Origin: Lama guanicoe
Taxonomy: Eukaryota
DNA: 64,000 bases
Assembly: GCA_013239625.1 (NCBI GenBank)
Contig: MU054001.1
Location: forward strand, 1,057,884-1,121,883
Direction: 5' to 3'
The notes below the pieces were generated by a model. The model was not told the DNA's origin, did no database searches, and saw only the letters and a list, made by a program, of their open reading frames with translations. The stretch's first letter is position 1; the number at the start of each line of letters is the position of its first letter. This document shows positions 48,801 to 61,946 of this stretch, in pieces. A program made the position numbers and the translations under genes.

Positions 48801-51800
48801 ATGAGTTAGGATAATAAAGCTAGATGCTGTAACAAATAACCCCCACAATTTCAGTAACTTAACATAATAAAATTCTATTTCTCACATAACAATTCAAGGG
48901 GGTGTTTCAAGTTCTCAAGCAGCATTTCTCCCTGTGATGAAATGGGGACTCAGGAGTCCTCCATCCCATGGCTATGTCATCTCCTAGGGTTTCAGATTCC
49001 TCTACCACTAGCCTCAGGAAGAGGACAAGACAGTGTGCCGGGTCCTAAGGACACAAACAGTTCAGTTTACTCACCTCGGAAGATTGGTGAAAGTAGCGGT
49101 CTCACCCTTACTCTGTGTGTGAGTCACCTCTTCCGAGAAGCCTTCCTTTAACCCCTCATCTGAATTAGAAGTCCTCTCTACCTGCTCTGCCAGCATTCGT
49201 ACATGTCTGTATCTGTCACATCTGCTGGAATGTAATTTTGTGGGCAGAGCCTGGGCCCCTGTTGTCACAGCCATATTCCAGAAGAACTTAGCACCTGGCA
49301 CCCAAGAAGGGTCCACTAAAAGTTGGTTGGAAGAATTTAACAGTAAAATCCAGAACCTTGGCATGGGGCAGACGCAGATTAGAGAATATTACTAAACAGG
49401 TGATTAATAAATGTTACTAACTGGTAAATCTAGAAAAAGTATATACAGGCATTCTTTACACCAGAGGCTACCTATGGCCCATGGGCCAAATTCAGCCCAC
49501 CATCTGTTTCTGCAAATAAAGCTTTATTGGAACATTGACCCCTGCCCCCCATGCACAAGCAGGGCTGGGAAAGGTAGCCCCTGACTGGGTTACTGCCTCC
49601 CAGGGGGAACTCCACACTGCACCAGGAAGAGCTCACGTTTTGGGTGGACAGATAGGGGTCACCTGCCACAAGGACTTGGTATACTGTTATTCATTAATAC
49701 TAACGTTATGTTGGCGATTAGTGTTTTCTGATGCAACCGTCCGGTTGTACAAATGAGACCCAGGGAGCTCTGGGACTTACAGGAACAGACCCACCCTGGG
49801 AGCTAATCAGAAGATCCCACTCCGGCTCTTGGCTTTAGACAGTAGGGACTTAGGAAGTCCCCAGGATTTAGGAAGCCAGCATTTCAGGGCCATTGACAAT
49901 TTTGCAGGATAGAAAAAGGTCAGCTTTGCTTTTTCCCCTAGGTTCTGGGACCAGACCTTCCCAACCTGCACTGCTCACCTGGAGCCCCTAGCTCACCATC
50001 GCCTCCTGCCCACTTGCCCAGACCCTTCTTCCCACAAAAAAGAGTCACAGCAGGCACAAGGCTGGGCTGAGGCCCTTTGTCTCCAGCTGAGGGTTGGTGC
50101 TGGCCCATCCCCGGCAAGAAGTTGTTAGAAAAAGGCACCTTCTCCCTGCCCGGCCCCATGGCCCACTCTGCCTCCAAGCTGAGGTGGACCACGCATCCTG
50201 GCAGTCTTGGGCTCACCCTAGCCCCTCCCTTGACAGGCAGGTCTTGATGTGCAGCCTAAAGGGCAGCAGGGTGGGGGAGGGCAGGGGGTGGCACAAGAGT
50301 GAGTTAGATGCTCTGTGTCACCTGGGCAAGTCCCTTCCCTCTCCAGGCTTCTGCTTCCCTTCCTCCACCATGAATATGATGCCAACTGTACCACCCACCT
50401 TGCGGGGAGGTAGAGGGTGGGGGGTGAAAATCTAGAAACGTGACAACATCTTGTGTAGTAGATATTTGTTGATTTTGCAACCTCTCATAAGAAAACCCAT
50501 TGTCTTTAATAAGAGCACCTGATTTCCTTTGGGTACATGACTTCTCCAGCACTGTGTGCAGAACTGGTTGGGACTGTCTAACAAGATGCCCTGCCCTCCC
50601 CTGCCCAGTGGGTGTGCCCACGATCCCAGCTCAACCAATCAGACTGTCAGGGTGGGCCCTTAAGGCAGCCTCCCATTCTGGCTGTGTTCTGGGCATGGGA
50701 GCACTGACGTCCCAAAAGGCAGCCATGGATCCCCAGAAGGAGCCATGCCGAGGGTGAGACCCCAGGCTGACCAGAGAGCCTACGCAGAGGAGAGTGGCAG
50801 CTTAGGGCCCTGGGGGCCACAGAGGACACAGAGCTCGAGCTGTGGCAGGCAGGGAGGATGATTTCCCAAACAACAGGACTCCAGGCAGAAGCTGATGGTG
50901 ATGGCCCTCTGTGTCCCACCCCCACAAAGATGCTCTCCCCTGTCCTCTCTGTGTTCTTCGGCCCAGGGGGCTGATCGGTGGAACAGCCAGGATCAAAGAG
51001 GTCCCTTGCGCTTCCTGCTCACCTCCCCCTGGGAATTTATTCTCGGGCTCCCTCTCTGCGGGGCACATGGGACAGATGCCTCCAGAAGGTCCTTTCTGTT
51101 GATTCTGATAACGGCTCCCTCCCCTGGTCCCTTTGGACCTACAGGTGGCAAGAACACCACAGTCATCCCTCTGCCTCCTGCCCACATGTGTGCAGACTGT
51201 ACCTTTCGATGGCTTCCTGGAATGATCCTGCTTCCTGCTGAGGGTCTAACTGCTAACCTGGTACTGACATCACCGGTTCTCTCCAGGCCTGTTTTCCATC
51301 AGCCCCCACGATGGGGCATCCCTTTCAAACTCATCAGAGAGGTGGCTGTGAAATAAGCCCCACTCTAGGACAACTTGAGGAGACACAGGAACCTCACCCC
51401 AGCAGGCAGTCAAGGGCCCCAGGTAGCCAAGCAAAGCCCACTCTATAAGTAGCTGACAACCAGAGATCTTTCTAGGCAAGATTCTGTGAATGTCTCCACC
51501 ACAGTTAAGCACAGGGGTGGGGCAGGGAGGGCGGAGCAGAGGTGGGGCGGGGTCGGAGAGGGGCTGAAGGAGGCAGCTAGCCCTTACCTCATCTCTCTAC
51601 TTCCCCAGGGCATTCTCTCTATTCCTAAGTGATCATAAAATACCTCAATCAGGAGGAACTGGTGACAAAAGAAGTGGCTTCACCACGAGCCCTTGGCACG
51701 AGACAGCCCTCAGGATAAGTCGCGGAGGACTGAAAAGGTTGCTGACGGTTTCCGTTAAGTATCTTTTCATTAGAGGTAACAATCACTTTAAGCAAATTGT

Positions 51801-52346
51801 TCCAGGGTCTGGAATGTGGCAATAAGTGATCTAATTAGTGGAGGCTGTAATTTAGGAAGGTTCATTATGTCACAGACATTATGACTCCTGGATATTACTA
51901 AAGGACTCATTTGTAGCCCTTGAAATGATTTTCTCATGTCCGCACATAATGTCACCCATCGAACTACTGTGGAGCCTTAAGATGGCTGGACATGTAGGAA
52001 ATGCCAGCTTTCTTGGGAACTAGGTTTCCCGAGAGTAATAAATAAGTGAACAGATAGTTATAGGAAACCCCAGTTTTGATTAAAACCACACTGGACCCTT
52101 CAACTCTGCTACCCAACATCAAATTAACCAGGACAAATGTAGCTTTCCCTAAGAACCAGAAAGCCTGTGACCTCTAAATATTTTCCATCTCATGGAGCCA
52201 GAAGGCCTGAGAAATGAATGGCTTTGAGTTTCTGTGTTCTTTTGTACCCTCAGCCCCCTCAAAAGAAAGCATACCTGTCATATCCATAGTCACAAAAATA
52301 AAACATGCTATTGACAGAACCACCGGCTTGTCACTGTGTCACTGGG

Positions 52347-52767
52347 GTGTGGCAGAGGCTAGCTGGTCTCTGCTACCTGTATTTTCCCTTTCCTCTTGGG
52401 CATCCAGCTAGACTACATTTCCCAGCCTCCTCTGTGGTTGAGGTGTCCATGTGACTGGGTTCTGGCCAATGGGATGTGGGCTGATAAGCATCACTGCCAG
52501 GCCTGATCCGTCCAACCTCAGCACCATACTCCACGTTTCTCTTCCTGCCACCTACTGCCAGAAGGCAAAGATCCTGTGGGAGCTCAGCAGGTGCAGGGGG
52601 TGGCAGAGCCACCAAACAGAAAGAACCTAGACTCTGAACGACTTGGGGAAGAGAGCCCTCTCCTATCCACTGTCAATAGGACAGGACATGGGTAAAAGCT
52701 AAACTGTGTGTATTAAGTCAAAGAGCATCTGTCCGTTTATAGCAATAGTTAGACCCTTGAGTAATAC
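52347..52767 (+). mobile_element. MLT1H/I/J-like LTR
   Basis: tgtggcagag...agactacatttcccagcctcc...catgtgactgggttctggccaatggga...taataca. Confidence 0.7.
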
Positions 52768-53324
52768 ACGCCTATGGATGGGGCTCTCCATTACATCAGT
52801 GTTTCCCAGCTCCACCAGCCAAGATCTCGAGGGGTCCATTTTCCATAGTTCACGCTATAAAAGTAATGGGTTTCTTTCCCAGTCTTCTTAATTTTTTTTT
52901 AAAGAACTATAGAAACTTCCTAACTTCCAAAACTTTCAACTTACAAACATTCACAGACATGGACAAAGCTGAGCACCAGAGTAAAGCCTGTTGGATCTGC
53001 TCCCCATGAAGAATACTTGTTGATATGGTGCCAGGGAATTGAGCTGCTTTGCTTCTGACTAGATCAGACCAGTTGCTAGAGCTAGAAGGATGCACTGCTC
53101 TGATTGGCCAGGCCTGGGCCATGTGGCCATCCCTAGCGCTCAGAGAAATCCAGTTTCCCCAAACCAAAGGGGTTGAGAGTAGGGAGGACATGATCTCTCA
53201 AGGCAAACCAAGATGCTGTTATCAAAAGAAAGAGAAAATGGATGCTAAGCAGGTGAAATTAGACACACATTCAGAGCAGGAAACTAAGAAAAAACATGCT
53301 TGCGTTCTTTCCATGTCTTGGATT

Positions 53325-53992
53325 GGTTTAAGAAGATGTGGTATATACATGCGATGGAATGTTACTCAGCCATAAAAAGAATGGAATATTGCCATTGGCA
53401 GCAACATGGATGGACTTAGAGAATATCATGCTAAGTGAAGTAAGTCAGACGAAGAAAGACAATTATATGGTATCACTTAGATGTGGAATCTAATAATACA
53501 AATGAATCTGTATACAAAACAGAAACACATAGCACAGGGAATTTTGTTCAACATCTTGTAATAACCTTTAATAAAAAAATACGAAAATGAATACATGTAT
53601 ATATATGCATGACTGGGACATTGTGCTCTACACCAGAAACTGACACATTGTAATTGATTGTACTTCAATAAAAAATTTTTAAAAAAAGAATATGAAAACA
53701 AAAACAGACTTAGACATAGAAAACAAACTTATGGTTACCAAAGGGGAAAGGGGGGATGAGGAGGGGTAAATTAGGAGTTTGGGATTAACAGATATGAACT
53801 ACTTTACATAAAATAGATAAACAACAAGAATTTACTGTATAGCACAGGGAACTGTATCCAATATCTTGTAATAAGCTATAATGAAAAGTTATCTGAAAAT
53901 ATATACATAACTGAATCACTTTGCTGTACACCTGAAACTAACACAATATTGGAAATCAACTGTACTTCAATAAAAAGGAAAAAAAGAAAGAA
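53325..53992 (+). mobile_element. Cetartiodactyl-type L1 3' UTR with a nested second L1 3' end (about 53527-53695)
   Basis: aagaagatgtggtatatac...tactcagccataaaaagaatg...; the catagcacaggga...tgtacttcaataaaaa module occurs twice. Confidence 0.85.
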
Positions 53993-54755
53993 ATTCTAGG
54001 GACTTTGCCCGGATCAAACAGCTAAGAAGGCAGAACAAACCATCCTCTCCTATGTCAGCTTTCTCCCCGTCGCCTCTATGGTAGCACAGGACAGCATGTC
54101 CATGGGGCAGCTGTTTTTGGTATTGTGACCCTCAAACTGGCAGCAACTGTGGATAATTATAACCACAGAGCAAGCACGTTCTGTAATGCATGGGCCATAA
54201 ACCTATCGGTTGTCCGGAGGTTGCAGAGGGATTTATAAAAGGCCATTCATCTAATTAATAATTGGTCTGCTGCCAACTTAAGTGGTTTGGTGCTGTTAAC
54301 TGTAAGGATATTTTTAATGTAAGGAACTTACTCCCATTAGCTGTCTTCTCTTTTGAAAATATGACCAAGTAAAAGGCAGAGATTTCACAAGCTGAGAGAA
54401 TCACCTGGCATTAGCTGGCCTCTTAAGAGTTTACCTGTGCAGCCAAGTTTATTTCCAACATCAAGCCCCAAAGGACTAAATCTATCTTTCACGGAATAAA
54501 AGTTGAGAGAGAATCCCAGACAGTCCTGGTCCTCGGGCACTTTTATCTTATTCTGGCTCATAGCATCAGGGGCCAGGCGTGGAGTAGGGTCTCCTAGGTG
54601 ACACTTCCTGGGTGAAAGTGTGACCTGCATCGTCATGAGGACACTTATTTCCTTTGTGCTTCTTAATGCAGAAGCGTTTCTAGCAGACGTAACTTGGGGG
54701 AGGCGTTTGTATCTTGATTTGTTAAATGTTTGGATGGTCTCAAGAGGTAACTCGG

Positions 54756-55104
54756 TGCTACAGAGTGAGTTGTGTTCCCCCTCCCTCCAATTCTTGTTGA
54801 AGACTTAGCTTCCAATACGATTGTACTTGGAGATGGGGCCTTTGGGAGGTAATTAGGCCATGAGGGTGGAGTCCTCATGAATGGGATTAGTGTCCTTATA
54901 AGAAGAGACACGAGAGAAAAAGAGTTCTCTTTCTCCACCATGCAAAAAGACCACCTAAAAGCCAGGAAGAGAGCGTCCACCAGGAACAGAATTGGCCAGC
55001 AACCTGAACTTGGACTTAGCCTCCAAAACTGTGAGAAACAGGTATCTGCTGTGTGAGCCACCCAGTCTGTGGTATTTTGTTACAGCAGCCCCAGCTGACA
55101 GACA
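54756..55104 (+). mobile_element. MLT1A-like LTR
   Basis: ggggcctttgggaggtaattaggccatgagggtggagtcctcatgaatgggattagtgtccttataagaagagac...ccacccagtctgtggtattttgttacagcagcc. Confidence 0.85.
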
Positions 55105-57944
55105 CTTAGCGAGGTCTTTTTCTGTCTGCCAATCACCCTGCAGAGCACCCTGTAGTTAGGAATAAAACAAATCCTTCTTTCCTTGAAGAACAATGGCAGT
55201 GATTTTCTTCCCCAGCCTTTCTCTTAGTGATGCTTTCAAAATATCCTCCAGAATGTTCTTCTGGGCCAGGCACAAATCAGAATTCCTCCAGCTGATTATG
55301 ATTAAAAAATATGAGTTATTGAAATGTTTAATTTCATCCAACGCTTGCCTCAGCTGCTTGATCTGATAGATTAAAACAAAAGAAAAAAAAGTTTTAAATC
55401 CTCCAAGGACTTTTCCAGACCTTCTCTGCTTTTGCCAGGCTGTGATCTAATCCCAGAAACCTCTTAAGGACTGTTTGGGCCTAGTTAGTTATTTAAGGCA
55501 GGCCGGCCGCTCACTCTGCAAGTGGCACTCAACACCTACCAATAATCAGATGCCTGGGCCCTAGACGCTTATATTTAAATAGCAGCTGCACTTTATGACC
55601 TCAAGCTTATTTAATCTGTCCTATAAACATATGGAAGTTTCAGGAAAGCCTTGTGCATAGAGAGAAGAGAGTAGGTTTGGGGAGAATCAGTTCAGATAAA
55701 GCCTTTCTTTAAATGAGAACCGGCTTTATAAAGATGCTAAGCACGTTACCCGTTTTCCCTCAAACATCCAGCTGTTTCTTCTAACTGCTTCCAGAGGACC
55801 CAGACACAACCAGGAAGGCTCCAAGAGGAAAGATTCCAGCCTCGATGAAAAACAAAAACAAGGCCCCTCTCCCAGGCCCCTCTGGAGGGGCCTCGTGGCT
55901 TCTTGCCGAGACTTTGCGCAGCGAGCCGGCCGTCGCACCCGCACAGGTGTGCAGGCAGCGGCCGGGTACCTGCCTCTTCCTGCTGCTGACTGGCCCACCA
56001 CCCCATTCCGCCTGCTCTTGCCTGTCTGCAGTCAGACCCAGATGTAAAAGAGATGACAGTTTCTGGATTTTTTTTTTTTTAAGAGAGAAAAGAAACACTT
56101 GGGTCTCTTCAGCATGCTCTGTAGTGAAACCAGGCCGGTTCCAGAGAACCCACGGCAGGATGTGACCGGAAGAGTCAGTGCCCCACGGCTGGCTCTAGAG
56201 GATGACGGCCCTGCAGGGCTGGAAACATCTGGAGTGTGGGGACGAGGCTCGTCTCTCCTTGAGCTGGAGAAACACGCACAGCTGAGCAGGCTGCCAGGGC
56301 ATCAAACTTACTGACACTAACTTGCATTGGAAAAGGCCTATGAGCAGAAGATACCACACTCAAAGCAGGGACTCTGCTCCTTGGTGACATCTTACACTTG
56401 GACAAGTGCTTTCAAACCCATTCTCTTAGATGGTCCCTGCACGAACGCTGCCCACAAAGGCAGGACAGTGACTAGCAGCCCCATCTTACAGAGGACAAAA
56501 CTGACACACAGGTTAAGTGGCCAGAAGAAAGAGCTGCAGGAAAATCGCCGGTGTTGGGCCTGGTGGGTGGGTGGGCAGTAAACCCTGTGGTCATTATCTG
56601 CTAAACTGTCCTCAGTTCACAGAGGACGTGATCAGGCTGTGAGGCCTGACCAAGGCAGCTGGATACATGTTAGAACCACTAGGAAAATTCGCCATTCATA
56701 CTCACAGGGATCCCGGGTTCAGTCTTCCAGGGCCACACAGCCCCTCAAGACAAGGCTGCACAGACCAGTCCAGACAGCTAAGGCTGAAGGTTTATCCTTA
56801 TGCAGCTTTTTAGACTAGCAGAGGCCGAATAAGAATACAGTATATTTATCAAGAAGTAGAGGGCGAATCAACCCTTCAGGCCAGCTCTGCCCCACTCACC
56901 ACCCCCTTACCTCCCCCTGGGGTGCCAGGCCACCGTGTTGAGGGGCAGAATGCTCTCGCCTCCCCTCCGCCCAGGGCCCCCCCTCTGCTGGGGCTGCGCC
57001 CTGCGCTCAGCTCTCCGCAGGGACGGCTGGGCTTCCCTCCTCCCAGGACGCACCAGCCTCTCTGCCTCTGGCAAGCAGGCCCTCTAAGTCTGTCTTTATG
57101 TCCTTATCAGGGCTCCACGGCAGGCCCAGGTGCCAGGCCTCATTCACTCAATTACCGTCTTCACAGGACACAATGCTCTCTTCTGAAAGGCTACACTGGG
57201 CGCAGATAGAGACACTTTCATGGCAAGGGTTCAGAGCTAAATCCTCTTTTGATACTGTCAGAAACTCCCTGCCAAGCTGACACTGTACGTTAGAGGGGAA
57301 AGCGCTCACCGGCGCAGAGAGCCGAAATTAAATTAAACAGGATATTAATACCTAGTAGTTAAGGAAATGATATTTCCTTTTTTTGATTCCTCTCTCTCTC
57401 AGTGCCGCAGCCAAAAAGTGCATCCCAGCTTGGTTGAATCAGCCCGGCCCAGGGATTTTAAAAGCAAAACACCAACACGAACCGTCCCAAGGAAGACTCT
57501 TCCATGGGGCTCCTTCCCCATGCCTGGCCAGACCCCCAAAATCCAGTTGCTCTCTGTTCTATTGAAATGCAAGCTGTTTAATCCCTCCAGAAAGTGGTGG
57601 GATTATGAGTGGAGCTTTTTCTTATCTATTTTCTAAATTTTTTTAATTAGGGTCACATTAATTTTATAATAGAAATGATGTTTATATTTAAAAAAAAAAA
57701 AAACAAGCAAGCTCCCTTTGCCCTCCCTTTGAGTCCAGTCCTGTGAAATTTCCCTGTCAAATGCTTGGCTACAGATCATCATTAAAAATGATGGCTCTAT
57801 TGCTAGTGAAGCTCTACTGGGAGGTATTCTTTCGGCATTTTTCGTGTGCCAGGCCCTGTGCTAGGCACTTTAAGTGTGTCGTTTGTTTCACTTATTCCTC
57901 ACGACAGTTGTGTCAGGTAGATGACTCCTGTCATCCTCATTCTC

Positions 57945-58452
57945 AAAATGTGTACACCCGTCTTCATAGCAGTGTTATTCATAACAGCCAGGAGTGGAAA
58001 CAACCCAAATGTCCATCGATGGATGAATGGATAGCTAAAATGTAGCCCCTGCATACAACAGAATATTTATTCAGCTTTAAAAGGGGAGGAAATTCCAACA
58101 CCTGCTACAACATGGACGAACCCTGACGACATCATGCTAAGTGAAATAAGCCAGATGCAAAAGGACAAATATGGATGAATCCACTTACAGGAGTTACCTA
58201 GAGTAATCAGATCTGTGGAGGTGGGAAGCAGGCTGGAGGCTGTCAGGGGTTGGGGAATGGGGAAGTTAGTGTTTAATGGGTGCACAGGTTCGGCTTAGGA
58301 CGATGGAGAAGTTCTGGAAATGGACAGTGGTGATGGTTGCACGGTAATGTGAACGTGCTTAATGCCACCGACCTGTTTGCTTAAAAATGGCTAAAAGGAG
58401 ACATTTTTACGATACGTATATTTAACCACAATAAAAGAAGTAAATAATAAAA
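57945..58452 (+). mobile_element. L1MB-like 3' end
   Basis: gtggaaacaacccaaatgtccatcgatggatgaatggata...gttctggaaatggacagtggtgatggttgcac...accacaataaaa. Confidence 0.85.
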
Positions 58453-58671
58453 AAGAAAAGGGAACACTGATACTCAAAAAAGTGAAATGACTTGTTCAAG
58501 GGCTACAGCCTGTCCGTGGCAGAAGCAGACCCACCTGTGCCAAAGCCCCGGGCTGGCCCTGCCAGGAATTCTGCTTCTCTGTGATAAAGCACAGGTGCTG
58601 TCCTGATAAGTCTCTCCGCTGCTCCAGACCCTCCAATGGCTTCCTGTCCCTGCTTAAAACACAATCCAAGT

Positions 58672-59060
58672 CGGAATAACATTTAGAAATAAAAAGGAAT
58701 GAGCTACAGATGCAAGCTACGACGTGGACAAATCTCAAAAAACACTTTGCTCAGTGAAAGAAGCGAGACAGAAGAGACCACATATTGTATGATCCCATTC
58801 GTATGGAATATTCAGAAAAGGCAAAGCTGGATCAACAGCAGAAAGTAGACAGTGGTTGCCTGGGGCAGAGGCAGAGGGGGTCGGGGATCAAAGGTAAATG
58901 TGCATAACAGATCACACTGGGGTGATGAAAATGTTCTAAAATCGATTTAGAGAGAGGGTGGCACCACTTGGTAAATCCACTTTAAAAAGCATTGAGTCAT
59001 ATACTTGAAAAGGGTGAATTATATGACACGCAAAGCATGCCTCAATAAAGTTATTTTATT
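58672..59060 (+). mobile_element. L1M 3' end
   Basis: aataaaaaggaatgagctacagat...accacatattgtatgatcccatt...ggggtgatgaaaatgttcta...cctcaataaag. Confidence 0.8.
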
Positions 59061-59099
59061 TAAATACAATCTGTGTTCTACAAGGCCTTACAGATGCTT

Positions 59100-59637
59100 C
59101 TCTGATTACTTTCTCCTACTTCTCTCCCCCAAGCTCACTCCACGCAAGTCACACTGCCCTCTGCCCTGCTCCTTGAACACATCAAGTGTATTTGCACCTC
59201 AGGACCTTTGCACCTACTGTTCCCTGCCTCAGATATCCACACAGCTTCCTCATTCCATCCAGATCTCTGCTCAAAGGTCACCAAATCAGAGCACCCTTTC
59301 CTGATTCCCTATCTAAGTACTAACCAAGCCTGACCCTGCTTAGCTTCCACAATCAGACAAGATCAGGCATGTTCAGGGTGGTATGGCTGTAAATCCGCTC
59401 CCCTATCTAAATCATCCCTCCCAATCACTCTGTTCCTTTAACCTGCTTTGTTTTTCTTCTTAGCATGTATCACTGCCTCCTGACCTATTCTTTGTTTACT
59501 GTCTCCCCACATAGAAATGTAAACTCCACAGGAGCAGGAACTTTGTTCACTGCAGGATCAGAGCCTGGAACAATGCCTGGCCTGCCATGAACATTCAAGA
59601 TAAACATGTTGAATAAATGAATGAACCATCCATTAAG
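59100..59637 (+). mobile_element. L2 3' end (host of the 5S retrocopy)
   Basis: cctcaggacctttgcacctactgttccc...ctctgctcaaaggtcacc...[5S]...aatgtaaactccac.ggagcaggaactttgttcactgc...gaataaatgaatgaa. Confidence 0.8.
59315..59394 (-). pseudogene. 5S rRNA retropseudogene, 3'-truncated (about nt 1-80)
   Basis: Minus strand ATTTACAGCCATACCACCCTGAACATGCCTGATCTTGTCTGATTGTGGAAGCTAAGCAGGGTCAGGCTTGGTTAGTACTT aligns ungapped to mammalian 5S nt 1-80 (68/80 against the recalled sequence; mismatches mostly at CpG sites). Confidence 0.93.
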
Positions 59638-60634
59638 AAAGTAAAAGCAACCCCTTCAGTAATTACCACCACAACACTGCGAAAACAAGCTCCTTGTCCC
59701 ATTCCCCTCCCCATCCAGTCTGCGGGCCCCCACAGTGTGGGGTGGACATCTCCAGTCACCCCATCTTTATCAAAGTCTCAGGGAAATCATGGACATTGGT
59801 CTCCCAGAGAAGGTCCCCATCTAGGCTAGGGGAAGAATGGTTTTTCTAATGAGCCAAACACATTCCTTGACATACCCAGGCACTCAAAGTCATTATCCTG
59901 AACCTAGAGCCCTGTGTTCAGACCTTGAGCCGAGGGATCCAAAGGTTCCCCCGGGCCCATCCCTGTCCCGAAGAAGCTTGAAAAGCCCACCAATCCATCT
60001 TTGGGAAGGAAGCCACTGTTTCTGCCAGGGGCTCTCCCAGTCCTGGAGAACCCCCAGCTGTCCCGACTTCCTATCCTCTCAGGAGACCGAGAAACAAGCC
60101 CAGTGAAGCCGGGTTAACTGCTTCTGGGTCACCCTCATAAATCACGCCCAGGGATAGAAAGCCTTTAGAGAACTGGGGCTCTGAGGTCAGAGGGATCCCA
60201 GAAATGCTGAATCCATAAGGGCTCTGAGAAGTTCTGTAAAGGAGCTTGGTTTGATTGTTTATCTCAACCTTTTCTCAATGAACTTGACCACAGAGCCCTT
60301 CTCTCCTCTTCTTTTGCCCATTGAACTCTTAAAACATGGGAACATTCTTGGAAACTCATAGCAAAGTTTGAGAAATGCTGGTTCCAATCCAAACCTTCAC
60401 TTCTGCCCAAGGTCACAGAGCTGGGACTAGAAGCCAGACTTCCCAGCTCCCAGTCCTATCTTTTCATTATTAACCTTTGTTTTTTGATGCCCACAGATAG
60501 GAGACACTGTACTAGATGCAGAAGAGGATAAATGTGCCATGTTTCCCAGAATTCATCCTTGAGAACGGTGGAAGTAGGGAGACACGTGTGACTCTTCCTG
60601 CAGCTCTGTGACCAGCTCTGTATCCACCAGCACT

Positions 60635-60842
60635 GATTGAGCACTTACTATATACAATATATATATGCCCAGTGCTTCCCACACATCAGCTCTTTTCACA
60701 GGACACTAGCCGAGCAAGGAAGTGCCATTTTCCAAATGGGGAAACTGAGGCTTGGCAAGGTTAACAGACTTGCCCAGGACCACATAGCTAGAAAGACTTG
60801 GAGTCTAGATTTGCTGTCTGACTTCAGAGCCCACATTCTCAG
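60635..60842 (-). mobile_element. MIR SINE
   Basis: ccattttccaaatggggaaactgaggctt...ggttaacagacttgcccaggaccacatagcta...tctgacttcagagccc. Confidence 0.75.
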
Positions 60843-61866
60843 CCTTGGGACCGACTGCCTCTCACTAGTCTCCGCTGGAGCCTCCCTGCCCACTAAAGTC
60901 AAGAGCTTTGCGAACACCGCTTAGTAAACTTTCTCCAGGGTCTGCAAATGACCAAATCAGGGAGGCTGCAGCTTTTCTCAACTTCACATCCTTTGATATG
61001 TTCCAGGGGAGAGGGGTTTTGGGGTTGGTGACTGGGCCAGAGTTGGGGCTTGTTCTGAAGATCCAATCTCCAGGCCTGTGGCTGTGCGCCCATTAAAAAA
61101 ACCGGCGCAGGAGGGGGAGGAAAGAACACTGTTCTCTGGGCTCCACACCTGCAAGGCTGTCCTCATGGCCTCACTGCTTTGTTTTCTCTCTTCTAGTAAA
61201 ATGAGCTTCTCTGACAACCTCCTGGCATGGAACCCTGCAGTAGGAAGATTGATCCCCCTGTAAATCAGCAGAGTTCAGTCTAACAAGTAATCATGTGATT
61301 GCAACAAGCGCTGTCAGAGAGGAGGCCTGGCCAGTAGTTGCTCTGTTTGCCCAACACGCAGCCGCAGTGCCGTGTGCTTTGTAGATGCTGTTTCTGGGGG
61401 TTTTTTTCCCAACCAAAACAAATGCTCAAAATTCATGAAAAATAAAATAAAATACAGCCCCTACTGGAAGTAAATTTTGCCTCACCTGCTGTCCTCTCAT
61501 CTCAGCTGAATGAATATAATTGTCACGAGACAGTGGGTGCGCAGGGCTGCCGTGTTAAGTGCTCGGGTCAAGTGCAGGCAGGTAGGGTGGGAGGGGACAG
61601 GGGAAAGGTGGATCTGGGTCAGCTGCATCCTCTCTCCTCCCTAAACCCCATGAGTCCAGATACCCTGCAGGAAAATGAGCCCCTCTGAGGCACAGTTCTC
61701 TAGTGGGCAGGAGAAGGACAGGTCAGAATAAACCCCTGTAGCTGTTACAGGGGCGAGGGTTAGCTGTTAAAACCCTACTGCGCTCTTACCATGTGCTTTG
61801 CACCATTCTAAGTCCTGCGTATCTTTCTGCTCCTTAATCTCGTGATGACTCCATGAGAATAAACTA

Positions 61867-61946
61867 TTAGGATGAACCATATGTAATTGCCATTTATTGG
61901 CTGTTTCTGACCCACGCAGATGACAATTTCATGTGGTTTGGTCTCA
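61867..61946. mobile_element. MADE2 (mariner-derived MITE) inserted in a MIR
   Basis: 80-bp element after TA with inverted ends ttaggatgaaccatatgtaattgcca ... tgacaatttcatgtggtttggtctca. Confidence 0.75.

Noticed and set aside
59315..59394. Functional 5S rRNA gene
   Set aside because: Lacks the last roughly 40 nt and the T-run terminator, shows CpG decay and is inserted in an L2
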